From Trichoplax adhaerens (taxonomy: Eukaryota; Animalia; Placozoa), in assembly GCF_000150275.1 (NCBI RefSeq), contig NW_002060947.1, forward strand, positions 8,107,880 to 8,171,879: a DNA stretch of 64,000 bases, read 5' to 3'. The notes under the pieces were generated by a model. That model worked only from the letters and a program-made list of their open reading frames with translations. It ran no database searches and was not told where the DNA came from. Positions 38,001 to 51,800 of this stretch are shown here, piece after piece. How positions within the stretch are numbered: position 1 is the stretch's first letter; the number at the start of each line of letters is the position of its first letter. The position numbers and the translations under genes are program-made.

Positions 38001-41000
38001 ATTTGCGTCAATGCCGTTAAAAATTGAATTTGATATTAACAACTTTTACTTTCTCTTTATTTGGTTTACAGACCATGAAAGTCAATGGTGTCAAATTTCT
38101 TATTCTTTCCTGTAAAGTGTACACCGTAAAAATATAATAGGAAAAAATGCATAACTGAATCTATACTCGGGGATTTAGTTATCGATATTATAATCTATTT
38201 CTTTCTTAGATGACTACTTTCAAAAATAACGCTGAATCATCGTATGACAAATAAAATAATAAAATAAATAATCTTACCTGATTGAAAGGTGTCAATCAAT
38301 CAAGCATTGGACGTGAAGCATGGTAGCTTAATAAAGTGCAGCATTCCTCAATCCGTCAAAGATAACATTTAAGTTAAAGGTATATTCATCTATTTACTTA
38401 ATATGAATTTATTATCAAAAATGATTTTCGTATTGTAATATTCCTTCTTATATTCACGCAATATAAGTTAAATCCAGTTGAAATGGAAATTTTGCTTTTA
38501 GTCTTTGATTATGTCATAATAAACTGCTTTTGTTATAACTTAATACGAATTATATTAAAAAAATTTAATTGCTATTACGGTTTGTTTACAATTTGTCTGT
38601 ACCGATAAGAGCTGTCAATTAAGGGACGTATGCAGGCTTTGCAGAGAAAATTGAGAACAGTTTCTACTTGACTTTGGACTAGAATTTAAAGTAATTTGAT
38701 CTAACTTCTAGGCTGGAAATAACTTTATATGTGATTACGGTTGAGTTATTACCAAAGTAATTCTGATATCTTAATTGCTTATATACAATAAAAAATTGCC
38801 TCCGTTTCTGACTCTGTCTACTTGCTATCTCTAAAATTATATCATCATCAAGGCAGCCGAAACTTCTATACAAAGGATCTATAATATAGAGATCCTAATG
38901 AGGATGAATAAATCGCCTCTACAATCTAAAGGATTGATCGCGTGAACAATGCTTTAGAAACAATTAGAAAACAAAATTATTTCATTCTTAAAATAGTACT
39001 TTATAAATATCATAAGCATTGCAACTCTGATAACTAATAGATAATAATTAATTTTATAAATTGCTCCTTCAAATGCGTTGAGAATAACGCTAATTAGTCC
39101 TGAGCTTACTCTAGCACTCCATATTCTTCTTTGCATCAACTTTGCAACAAGGTGTCTCATAACTATAAGAAAATTTCAAGCTATAATTTCTCAACCATTA
39201 ATAATTTGAATCGTTGCTCAGTTGTTTAGAATTGACCGTGTTGAATCGGATGACGAAAAAAAATATAATATTTTTTCACTCTGCTAAATGAAATTGTTAT
39301 CATTTTATTTTAAATACGTATATAGGAGTATGTATACTAACTGTAAAATATATTTAGCAAAGCTTTGGTAAGGATTACATAATATAGTATACGGTCATCA
39401 TTATGTGATCGCCAAGCATTTTTCCGTTTTCTTACAGTACAAAGACAGATTAAGAAATTTGATGGGAATTATATATCATACATCTAAAATATAACTGAAA
39501 GCTTTGAAATATATTAAAATTCTTTTCAGCTAATTAGATATCGTACTGCTTTTATACTATTATCACGTTAAACTCGGGAAATATATTCAAATACGAGTTA
39601 TGGTGAGTTAATGTTATTCCAATAGTACTATGTAAATACTGATTTTGGAAAACTTTTAATTATCGCACTCGCTGATTTTTTCTTTAATGACTATTGACGT
39701 ATTTCAGTATTAGTAGGAAATGAACTGCATGCAAATTATTCATTCATTCTTATAAGTGCCAAAGCACTATTACTTCTTTAACTACCACAGAAAGTGAATA
39801 AATAAAAACTATAGCTTAGTGGTCGGTTTAGTTTTTCGATTTAGTTTCTTTATCTAATTGATGACATAAAATAGGGTGATCATGCGATGTAAATTCCAAT
39901 TATATTTCATGTTTAAGTATTAATTTATGACAAAGTGGTATGAATGAAGAGCTATACAATAGTGATAATATACACGTGGATATAATTAATGGTCAAATTG
40001 CAATAAAAATGATCTTATATATGATAAATTAAGTAATATGTGCAGCTGGAACATACATGTATGATATCGTAAATAATGATTTGTTTTAAATTTGTTGATA
40101 AATTACGTGTCATCTGTTTCGGACGGATTCTAAAATGGGAAAGTTTGATAAATTGTAAATAGATGTTTTGAAGTTTAAGACTGATTAAATAATTATAATT
40201 AATAATAAAAGAATAATGAAAGGGTGATGCTAGCCCATGTTTAATTTTTGGGAATTCTTATTATATATAATGAATTCATCGTTATAGGAATTAGCCAATC
40301 TAATATTATTAAATGTTTTGCCCGGGATACTTTAGATAGGGTAAGTTGTCATTACTAGGCCCATGTATTCGCTCTTTGTAAGTATAGACCATTAATATAA
40401 TTTTAATTCTCTGAAATTTATATCTAGTACTAAATTACTTTTCGTTTCATTTTACGACATAAATCTATGTACATTATTAGCAAATTCTAACTGTCAATGT
40501 TTTCTCTATGGGGTGAATAGCTAATCTATTCTTGGCAGTCTTTTACGTTTACTACATAATTCAAGCCCTTCCCGATAGACTTATAATTATTATTTCACTT
40601 TATGAAATCTAGATGTATTGTAAGATAAATGACGGTAACATTAGATTTGTTTGATTTCCCACATCATGATTAATTTATTAATAACTGTTATAAGTTGCAT
40701 CGTAGGTTGGATAATAATAATAATAAATACTTTATCAATCGCATCCGTAAACTATACAAATCTGAAAACGATACCTAGTCAGGATAATTTTTTATTTGTA
40801 CGGATAAAATAAAACATATAGTACAAATTACGAATGTAACTTTTTAGGCTTATTGACATATCGAAATCTATTTTAATTATTGCATATCCACATACTCATA
40901 TCTGTCAGTTGATTTCATTTATGAACGTTGCTTTGTCATTTGACATTTTGGTAAAGGGCAATTATGTTAAACAGATGGTACGGAAATTGAACGAAATTGT

Positions 41001-44000
41001 TTGTTGGGTTTAAATTCAGTACTTCCTAATTATTGTACTGTTTACATATATGCTTTGAGGAAATTATGTCTAAATTAATAATAGTTAATCAGTTTTAGTT
41101 TCTTCTATTTCTAATTTTGATAGTATTAATTAATATATTATGGTTGATTCTGGATAATATATATAACCAACATTTATAGGTTACTGTAAAGTATTGCGGA
41201 AAATGTCATTATTCATGGTATAAGCATATCGTGATTTTTCTATCGACAAAAAGTAAACGGAAATAAAATGATCGATAAATTTTCAACTATTATATATGTA
41301 ACCTATATATCAAGAATTTGTAATAAAAAAAATAACCAACCGAAAGATTTATTATCAAATAATCTAAAGTTCACTTGTGCCTAAGTATATAAATGTCTAC
41401 TATCCAATTAAAATAGACAGTACAGTATAACAATATCACCAAAAATGAAGAATAGCAACTGCAATTTGTCTTTCCCAGATAATTGAAGTTTCCTTAAGAC
41501 TGACTGAAGCAAATAAGATTCAGTAGTGAAAAATCAAAATAGCACCGGAATATGTTGCCACCTTTCAAAAAAGGATAACAAAAGTCCGATATAAGAAACT
41601 TTATACCATTCATTGGCAATAAATTTTCAATTCTATTGTTTAGGATAGATTGTCCAAGTAAATGCGTGAATGAATAAAGTTCAATCAAGTTATTATTTCT
41701 GTATCTGTACTGGTGGAGAATAATAAATCGCAAAATGGATTTACTAAATATAGATTCCTTTTCTGTTTAAATAGGGCAGGTATTGATTATTTATAGCTAT
41801 GTATATTTGATTATACACCGGTAGCAAAGATATATAGCAAATAGCAATGAGATAATTACCAAGACATAACGTACGGATGTTAATTCGAGTGTAAATACTG
41901 TTCAAACTGCCAGTGTGAATTATTTATATTATTGCATCAAGCCAGAGAGTAGAAATGCTTTTGTAGCTTAATAACGAATCAGTTTTTGTCAACACTCTTC
42001 AATCTGGATTTGTTACTATTAACAGCTTAGTCTTTTGTGCACAAAGTTCTTATATGCATTGGTAATTAGTTGAGAATGGACGCAACTGATACAATCTAGC
42101 TGTAATTACAAATTATGACTAATTCCACATGGTAATTAAACTGCGCTATAGTATCAACTGATATCTGGTTTATAATACTAAAGTAACAAATACTTCATTT
42201 TGTGAAGTGAATCTTGGATCATTTGCTAGAGCAAATTCTTGATTCCTGTCTAGAAATTCGAAGTATGTAGAGTAGTTATTCTATTTGTTAAGATTAATTA
42301 GCTCTATTATCTAGGTATACAGCATTAAATAGCTGCCTATTTTAATATTATATTTCACTTCACGAATTCGATTATCGGCGAGTTAATTGAAATTTGTCAT
42401 ACAGATACTGGTATATGATTAGAATAGACCTTGCTGTCACTCTTTGAAAAGAGGTCTGTCAAGTAAAATCTTTACAATTTCCCGTATAATAACTGTAGCA
42501 TGTTTTAAGATTTCGTTATAATGTAATTTCTTTATTGCATCTGGTTGTTTTATGCATAATTATGCATACTTGTAGTTTAGTGGTAATAAGCGATTGGCTA
42601 ATTTTAGCCGTTTTTCTAGTCAAGGATGCTCGGAACAAAATGAATTGAAATGTATATTTGTGGTTAAAAAGGTATCCTTTGTAGTCAAAGTAATATTTCT
42701 ATACTTTTCTATTTCAGTTATATACCTGCAGTTAAAGAGAATAACAAATTACGACCTTTGTAATTAGCATAAAGCTGTTGCCAATAGCTCAGTAGTCTAG
42801 TTGCTTATGGTATTGCAATATTGAGCGGCTGGTGGTAATGTTTTCATATTTTGAATGGAATGATATCTTTCTCTCACTGATGAATACTGGCATTATTTCC
42901 ATAAAATGGGACTATTTATTGAATTATAATGCTAAAGAAAGACAATGAAGAATAAATATCTGCATAAACCCTATTATTTATGGCAGGAAGTTTGTGACAG
43001 TATCATTAATTGGTTCTTGTTTTTGCATTTTAGACGTGTATTTTGTGAAAGCTGTTGACCCTAACCAATTTATTTGGTTTGAGACAGGGGTGAATATCGA
43101 GTTGTTTATGAAATTTAAAATTCCGTCAATTCTATCCATTATGCTATCGAGGCTATAAATTTGATTTTGGTTATGTTTTATATATGATTCACATTCAATT
43201 GGAAAACAAATTGACAATCTTTGATGTTTAGATGATCGCTATCATCCTGTATTGAATTTTATTGAAAATTAATCAACTTTAAGATATGAAAAGGTACATA
43301 CATATTTCGCCCCCACCCCCCGAAAAAATCAAAAATTAAGAATATGATTTACGTATAGTAAAATTGACGTACCATTAAGAAATATAATCATGATTGTTAA
43401 GATCGTTTCATCATCTTATGCTAACAAATTCTTTCATATTGATAGAATAAAGTTCACTCTCCTTCTATAGGAATACGTGAATTTGACCAATCAATCTATC
43501 GCTATCATTGTAATTTTACTGTTCATAGCTTATTCTTGGCATTTTATTTATCTATACAACAGTCAGAAATAGAAAGTTAAAATAAATATTCTTATAGTCT
43601 AATTCAATCGTTGTCTACATCAGTAATTATACTAGTGTAAGGCTGTATGGAACTAGTTCAAAACCACAACTTGTTTATGTCTTAAATCAATTTGTTGATG
43701 TGCATTAAGAGATGCACTGTCGAAAATAAATTTTATAGTATTAATCAAAATTATGAATGACTATGTCAACTATTGCAATTGTCATTGTTTCTAAATCAAG
43801 TCTTGGACGCTTACTGACTTCCATATTTATAGTGAATTTAATAACTGTTTAGTTTAAGAAAAAATGACATCATTGTTTATAAAGAAATGAGATGCAATTT
43901 TTTCCCTCTCTTATACTATAACAATAAAAATAAGTTTTACAACACGTGTCTTTCCAAAATAGTATTTAATCCACATGATACATGAAAGTGAAATGGATGA

Positions 44001-45398
44001 AATTAGCCTTCCAGAATGGATCCTTGATTGAATCAGTCCATGCTAATAACACCCTAGTCGAGAGAAAGAGGTCCAAATTGGAATGATTACAATAAAACTG
44101 AAAGCGGTACATAATGTCGATCCGATTTCCCATGTGTTGAACTTATTTCATTTAGGTGATTGACTTGAATTGTTCCAAGTTGAAGATGATATTCTTGTCA
44201 ATAGTCTAGGATGCCATCTTCCGCCTTTCAGTCTTGAGTTGATTAAAACGATGAACGATTAAATTGGCAACTCAGGATCATTAAGATGTTGAAGATTGTT
44301 TGGCTAGTTAACGGATCAAGTTGATCATCCCTTGGAGATAGCGTTCTTTCCAGATCAAATCGATGATAACATAGATGGTAAAGTCTAATTATGGATATGC
44401 CATATCTCAGTTTATCGAGTCTATCGCCCGGAAAGTTTAAACCAGATTTCTCTTCCTTTACTTCCAGTATAGGAAGAGAATCGTCCATTTTCCCCTCCAC
44501 ATCTTGTTCTTCAATTCCATTGCATGCGATTCACCATCGATTGGATGACAATCGCGATTGTCATGTCAAACGGCTGAAATGACCTCTGGAGTTGACGTGG
44601 ATAGATGAAGCGTGTATAGAAATGATAAACGTTACGTTGTACAATGGTTAGCATGACAATCTGCGTGTCAGGCTAACCCTATGCAGAGGAGGCATTACTG
44701 CAGATGGAAATTGGCGAAAAAAAACATCAAGTCGTTCATTTTCCTGTCATCATGTCTTCATCCAAGGACATCTGTCAAGACATGGCGTCAAAATGAGAAC
44801 CCAAAATTTCATAGTGGATCCAAAGGACTTCCTTGACACAGATATCGCCAGTTGATTGATAGGACACTGAAAAAATTTTCCATCTCCAATCAGGCGTGCT
44901 GATGTTTGGCGTCAACACACCCATTGCCGATAAGATAACAGTCGTGTCAATCAATCCAGGGTTGTTTTCTTCTTTCACTGAGTGTGTATAGAACATGATA
45001 GAAAGCCTTGCGATAGATATCGTGGTAATCTCACGCTTGACCTATTCATCCGCTCGCCTCACCCATTCAGTACGGATGACGAATAGAATAGGGTGACAGC
45101 AATAGGATTGTTTTGGATAGCATCAATGTCGTACCGGGTTTCACTCTTGTAGTTTGTTGTCGCTGTCATTGGTGTCATCAACATCGCCAGTCAGTCGTTT
45201 TTTGGCGTCAATTGATGGACAATCACCTGTCGTGCCTTTGACGTGTGAAATTATACAAGCAATCAGAGCAATTCCAATGGACGATTTTCATCGTCTTCTT
45301 GCTCATTCAAATCCACTTAGTTGGTGTTGTTTTCGTCTATTTCATGGCTAGACTTACATCATAAGTGGAAATGAACCATTTTTAATCATGAAATATGA

Positions 45399-45633
45399 AC
45401 TATTTCTTGATGTAATACGATCCACTCTTGGACCCAATAGATTTCCAAGGCGATAGAAAGATCAATTTGAAATCGATCGCCATTTGATTAAGAGCAGCTT
45501 CAATTATTTGCTTTACTATTTCTTGACGTAATACGATCCACTCTTGGACCCAATAGATTTCCAAGGCGATAGAAAGATCAATTTGAAATCGATCGCCATT
45601 TGACTAAGAGCAGCTTCAATTATTTGCTTTACT
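45399..45633 (+). repeat. Recent tandem duplication, 2 x 116 bp
   Basis: actatttcttga(t/c)gtaatacgatccactcttggaccc...ttatttgctttact at 45399 and 45515; two mismatches seen. Confidence 0.95.
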
Positions 45634-45939
45634 TCTTTTTAGTACAGATCAAGGTGTAGTGATTTTGCTTTGCTATAGGAAGGCAAAAGCATGTCAAGTG
45701 GGTTATAGAGTCCAAAATGTACTTTGATCCAATATCCAGACCAATGACGTAATGTTGCTCAAAATTGACATAACATAGGAATAACAACTGCTACCGGTAG
45801 TCCATTATCACTATTGTAAACGTGCTAAATCTGTCGTCCAAAATTTGTGGTGATAGTTAAATAGATTTGACCTTCAACAAATGGTTGTAAACTTGCCTAT
45901 GTATTTATGATGAGAGTCTAGCATATTTTAAATTAAATG

Positions 45940-48879
45940 TTATTGCACATCGAGTGTTAGTGATCTTCCAAGTAATGCTTTATGATGTTGACGAGGAGGT
46001 TTATGATCCAAATTGCTGACAAATCGATTAGCAATAATAACTTTAGAAAATCTTCTTTTCAGATTGCACTTACGACGATCCATACTCTTATTGTGTGGCC
46101 CTTCTAATAGTGCTTCGGCAATTCGATCAAAAACTGCCGAAACATTATGACCAGTTTTAGCTGATGTTTCCATATAAATGGATTTGGAAGCAATATCATC
46201 AATATCATCATCTAGAACTTGTCGATCACTTTCAAGATCGCATTTATTACCTACTAAATAAATTTCTTTACGACCACGACCACCGATTACGTCCAAAACT
46301 TCTTTATAGATCTCTTTGACGTAATCAAAGGTTGATTTATCGTCCAATGCAAATACCAATACAATTGTGTCAGCCTTGCGAATTGTTAATCGACGCATTT
46401 CTGGAAATGAATAGTATCCAGCAGTGTCCATAATTTCTAATGTCATACGGCAGCCTTGAGCAATTATTTCTTTCTTATAGAATTCATCGACGGTCGGTTC
46501 ATGCTCAATATTAAATTCATTATCGAGATAGCGTTTGACCAAGCAAGTTTTACCTAATATCGATAGAGAATCAATTACGCATCAGAAAAGAGGTGAGAAA
46601 TCCGCCGCATCAATCAATCTTTGGTTGGTATTTTTAAATAAAGTAGTCCAGACAATTGATTGAATCGTCCAAAAATATTGTAATCAACAACTTTCAATTT
46701 TATAAATTAAACGACAGTTGTTCCTTATTATTCCATTTCTGAAACATAGTAATGAATTCTTTGCTTTTCAACTTATTGTTGCTGTTCATTCTTGATCAAT
46801 ACTGATTACTATTATTTTAACCTTATCTTAGAATGGAGAAATGTCTATATGCTGTAATAGAAAACAATCCAATTTTCTATTCGGGGCATAAATCAATATG
46901 GATATTAGTATTGATTTATATTGACAGTCCCTCCTTGTCTACAGTAGGTCAACACACAGCCATATAATTACTACAACAAACATAGTAAATTACCAATAAG
47001 GAAGGAATAGAAGGAACTTCGTCAAAATGTGAAAATTCAATAAAGGTTTAAAATACTGCTAATGTTAAATGCGAATAAAGACGTGATATGAATTGAAAGC
47101 AGAGACAATCACTACATTGTATCACGTCAGTATATCTCTCCAATGCATCCATTTTATCATCGTAGCTTGCTACTTTTAGAGTTTGAATTTCTAGGAGCAG
47201 GCTTCCATTAAAACCATAAGGTGTTAATTAAATTGGTAGCGTTAACTAGTATAACTTATTGCATGCTTGAACCGCTCATCTGTACCAAGGCACGATAGCA
47301 GATGATTTTACTAAAGTTAGTGTCTTTACTTCTCACTTAAGGCACTACTGTAATGCGATCCGTACTAAATGCAATTGACTTAGAATCTAAGATAAAAGAA
47401 TAGTAGCTGATTTAAACATAATTCCAATTTCAAAGTCAGTAATCAGCCAATATTCGAATAAATCAACTCCCGTAATAGCGTAATACTTAAATATGCAATC
47501 TAATAGGCAAGCTACTATCACAATGTGATACTTTAATAAGGTAGAAGATATCGAAATAATTTATATATACTATTTATAGTTTATCTATTTGACTGAGAAA
47601 GGAAATACAGTTCGGAAATAACGAATAAATTAATTGTGCCATGTTTATCTTTTGCTTAGCGTACTGCTTTATAAATTGTTAAAAGTGTACCGCATAAAAT
47701 TTTGATAAGAAGTATTACATATATGATGTTTTAAACCTAGATATAGTATATAGTAGGTCACTCAAGGCTATTTCACCTGCATTAAATATTCTATCGATAC
47801 CGGATAAATTAATTTAGGAAATAATATTAATTAAAAATTGCTTCGGTATTGCTTTCCAAAAACCATTACAAATAGCTGATAGTAATGTAAACAGTTTTTT
47901 CCCGACAACACTGAGCAGTCGGCTCCACTTCCAGCCTACGGTTAATCAACTATTCGTGGTTATACATGTAAATTATCGACAACCTAATATCTATCCTCAA
48001 TGTCTTCTCTAAAATATAGAGCATTCTCCTATCTTTGAATTGTTAAGAAATTTTAGCATAGTTTTAAGTTGATAATAAGAATGGTCTTTTCCTAGTGTAT
48101 GGTACGTGCTTATAGTTTTATTGCATATTTACAGTATATCGTGACCTTTAAAATTAAAATCGATTCTGTGAAATGATAGTATAATCGAGAAATAATTGTT
48201 ATGGACCATCGTATAAATGTCAATTTACCTATCTACAACGATTAATTAGCATGTAGATTTTAGGAATAAATGACCATTCAGTAGGATTGGTACCATTCTA
48301 CCAAATTACGCAGTATATGAAAGTGCAGTATAAAAACTAAAACTGCGTGTGTCTTGATCCATAAACTAAGTCACAAACTTGAATTTTGGGCCATCTATGT
48401 AATTCTGCCAATTGTTAGTCAATGATTTATCCTTTAAATCTTGAATAATTTATAAAGTCTCAATCAAATCTACCGTAGATCTTTTTGTATTTTAATAATC
48501 AATTTAATCTAACTAGCTATAATAAATTACGTAAAGTAATATGATGATCACATAAGACTTAAACTACTTGACGATATCAGTTATTTTGCAAGAAATTTAA
48601 TAGAATGTCTCTACTGATGCAGCTGATCAAATTTAAAAAAATGGATTATCTGTATATTATAGTGTAGAAATAGAGGGTGTATATGATGAATGGGCTTTGT
48701 CCATACTATCTTGTTGATTTCGAAACAAAATTCTACATTACGAAATACAGAAATCAAAGTAAATGCCAAGAAAATGACTTACCCACTGCTGCTGTTCCTA
48801 GCACCGCTACGCGATGGCAACGAATTTGACGCTGTAACATTTTTAGAACTTGATATTGGATATCAGCCGATGTTGGCAT
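45940..48879 (-). CDS. Ras-family small GTPase, Ras-dva / RASD (Rhes, Dexras)-like, 236 aa, 2 exons
   Basis: Exon 1 is 48879-48783 (MPTSADIQ...RVAVLGTAAVG, donor gtaagt). It splices in phase 1 to exon 2, 46553-45940, restoring the P-loop GTAAVGKT. G2 EPTVDE, G3 DTAGYYSFPEMRRL, G4 NKCD, G5 ETSAK. Start could alternatively be the second Met. Confidence 0.88.
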
Positions 48880-51800
48880 TCGGTTATAACAAAATGCAAT
48901 AATATTAATTAGCGAATAAAAGGAACTTAACCAGGCCAATGGATGGAGTAAGTACACGTTATCGATCGTTTATAGAGAGCAAATGATTAATAAAAATCAA
49001 ACCACTCTAATTTCTCTATCCTAAATTTCAATCCTGGTTTCAAATTTCGAAAAGACCGTATTAGCTTTTTGATCATAGATTCAAAGTCATAAAATTGAAT
49101 TTTATCGACTCTTAAGTTGAGCTCAAAATCGATTACAGGAAATCAATACTAGAGAAATAATTTTACTTGAACAGCATAGACAAATTATGAGGTTATGTAT
49201 TAGATTACAGTAATCAGACTTACTCGTTATGTTAATTGTGTAGTAGGTAATAGAAGCTTCGGCTTTCCTATTGCTAGTATCACAGTGATGTTGACGATAA
49301 GAGATGATGGATCAACTGATGAGAGAATTAAATGGGTTTCTGGTTACATAGATATTTAAAAAGGCAGATAAAAGATCGTAACAAATCAAATTAACAATAC
49401 GGATGGCTAAAGATAGACAATTCTGTCTCCTTCGGGGCTAGATAATACCTAATATAGAATTAAAGAGGAGTTACTAAGCATAATATCATGTCATTCATAC
49501 AATATCGACAAAGGTACCAAGAATTTTATGAAATACTTTCAATTTTCAATGGAAAATGATAATACCTTATAGACTTATTGGAAATATTAATGAAATATTC
49601 ACAATGGCATTGTCTAATTTTAAAATCAATGATACACCCTGGCATGTTGTCAAGTGGATGACAATTTACTTCTGGTCTATTATTTGAATAATTTATAATG
49701 AAATGACTGCAACGTATAGAAATGAAGTAGAAAGGTAGACTCTATTCAACCATGAAAACATTTACGATGGCCAACCCATCGCTTGGAAAAGATATTGTTC
49801 TATTGATTAATGCTTTACTGATGATAACGAAATGAGTGCATGATTATATTAGTATTGATTTGAGTTAATCTACAACTCACGTATTTATTCCACCTATCTT
49901 AACTGCCAGCTATTATTCTCATACAGGCTTGCCCCCTCCTCTTTAACCATGGCCTACTGTGTCAATGCAGTTTATGTTAATATAAAATCTAACTACCGCC
50001 ACATTGTTATTTAGTGGCACGTAATCACTGTTAGCAGTTTATGCCTATAACCACACAGTATAGACTAGAAATAGTAATTGAAGCTTTAATAAATTGAGTT
50101 TATTTTTATTTTTCGCAGTGATAACCTTACTTGTATCAGTGATTTAGAACATTTTTCTAAATAACCGATTTTGCATCCGGATACGTTCATAGCTATATTA
50201 TAGACGACTTTTAAGTCCATAGATAGTATTTGTATATATATTATACTAAAAGGATCGTAAAAGGCTAAAAATATTTATTTATGCCTGTAACTGAATTATA
50301 TATTCATAAATCATATCATTAGTAAAGCAAACATCTTTGAACCAATAACTTAGATTTAGTATTTTACCAAGTTTACCGTCATTCACATAAAATAAACGGT
50401 AATACAACGTTTGTGTGAGAAATATTATAAATTTCACTTCCCTTTTCGTTTTAGATAGTACTATAGCATGAACGGCTTTTGTTTTGATCTTTTATTATTC
50501 ATATTTAATTTCTCCTCCTACTAGAAATGAACACTACAGAATGTAGGATATTTCACCATCATATTGGATTATATAATTTGATATAGGGAAGGATGTACGC
50601 TGTTGACAGCATATGCTGGCCTTGATTTTAATGTGTTAGCAAAATAAGTACCATAGTAAAATGAATCAAATCGTCTTAATTCGGTGAATAATATAGAATT
50701 CCTGCATTTATCCATATGTTAGTAATTTACCTAGAGAACACTGGAAACAATAGGGTGAAATACTATTTTTTAGCTCTTTCGTCATTTTAGGCAATATCTT
50801 GCAGCGCAGGCAAGATATTGTTATAAACCGATTTGATGTTTGTTATTGATTGAAATAATATAATTGCTATGAATGATAATTACAGCCAATTTATATCCGT
50901 TTATCATTTAATAATAATAAAATTGCCCGACATAAAATAATCCAAACTAAAGTAAGAAATATATAGAAAAAAGATAAATAACAATTGCTCATATATTAAT
51001 GAAAAACGTCGCCACTGTCCAAGAATTTTATTTATTACAGAATAAAGTAACAAGCAATATATCTTTCATTATTAATGATAATAATTGTTGTAGGTGTGTT
51101 TCATTTTTATTTTTATTCATTGCATTATCTTCAGGAGCGATCTTACATTTATGGATTACGCTGATTAATTTCGCTCATCAATCTTCTAACCGTGTACACG
51201 TCATGTAGAAAATGAATTACTATGCGTAGGAGCTAATAATACTGGATATCAGCGTAATCATTCTATTCAAATTTTCATTTGGAAATGATTAAGACTTTCT
51301 ATTTATGTAATTATGACATATTTCAAAAGCTCATACATGCATTTGTAGGTAGAAATGGATAATTTCAGTGTCTATTTATGGCGGGTGATCAGTTTAATGC
51401 CGCTGTATTATGACTAATCATGTCAATAAGTGGAACTCTTTTCGCACCGCCTTTCATCTTGCATTAGGTAATATAGGAAATTTGTATGCCTAAGGGTAAT
51501 TTACTTACTGTCAAAGAAATCATCGAGACGAGTCATAGGGTATTTTGGAGAATAATAACGTAAAAATCGAAAAATAGTAGGCTGAAGCCATAGTAATGCA
51601 TCATAGCTTCATAATTTATTTAAATTAAAGAGATTAGATTTTTTATCGGTACTTTTAAATCGAATAACTATCTTTCTAGCATACTAGATCGTAGCTATTT
51701 TAACTATGATTGATGTAATACTTATCGTCATAGGAAAACTAAAGGTATCTTGCAAAGAGAAAGTGCGTAAAACACAATCCAAGTATCTTCAATTTCCATT

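Noticed and set aside
38309-38321. 13-nt match (ggacgtgaagcat) to GHR exon 4
   Set aside because: No flanking similarity; compatible with chance.
44243-44500. 85-aa minus-strand ORF MEGKMDDSLPILEV...
   Set aside because: No recognisable motif or convincing splice donor; could be UTR or regulatory sequence.
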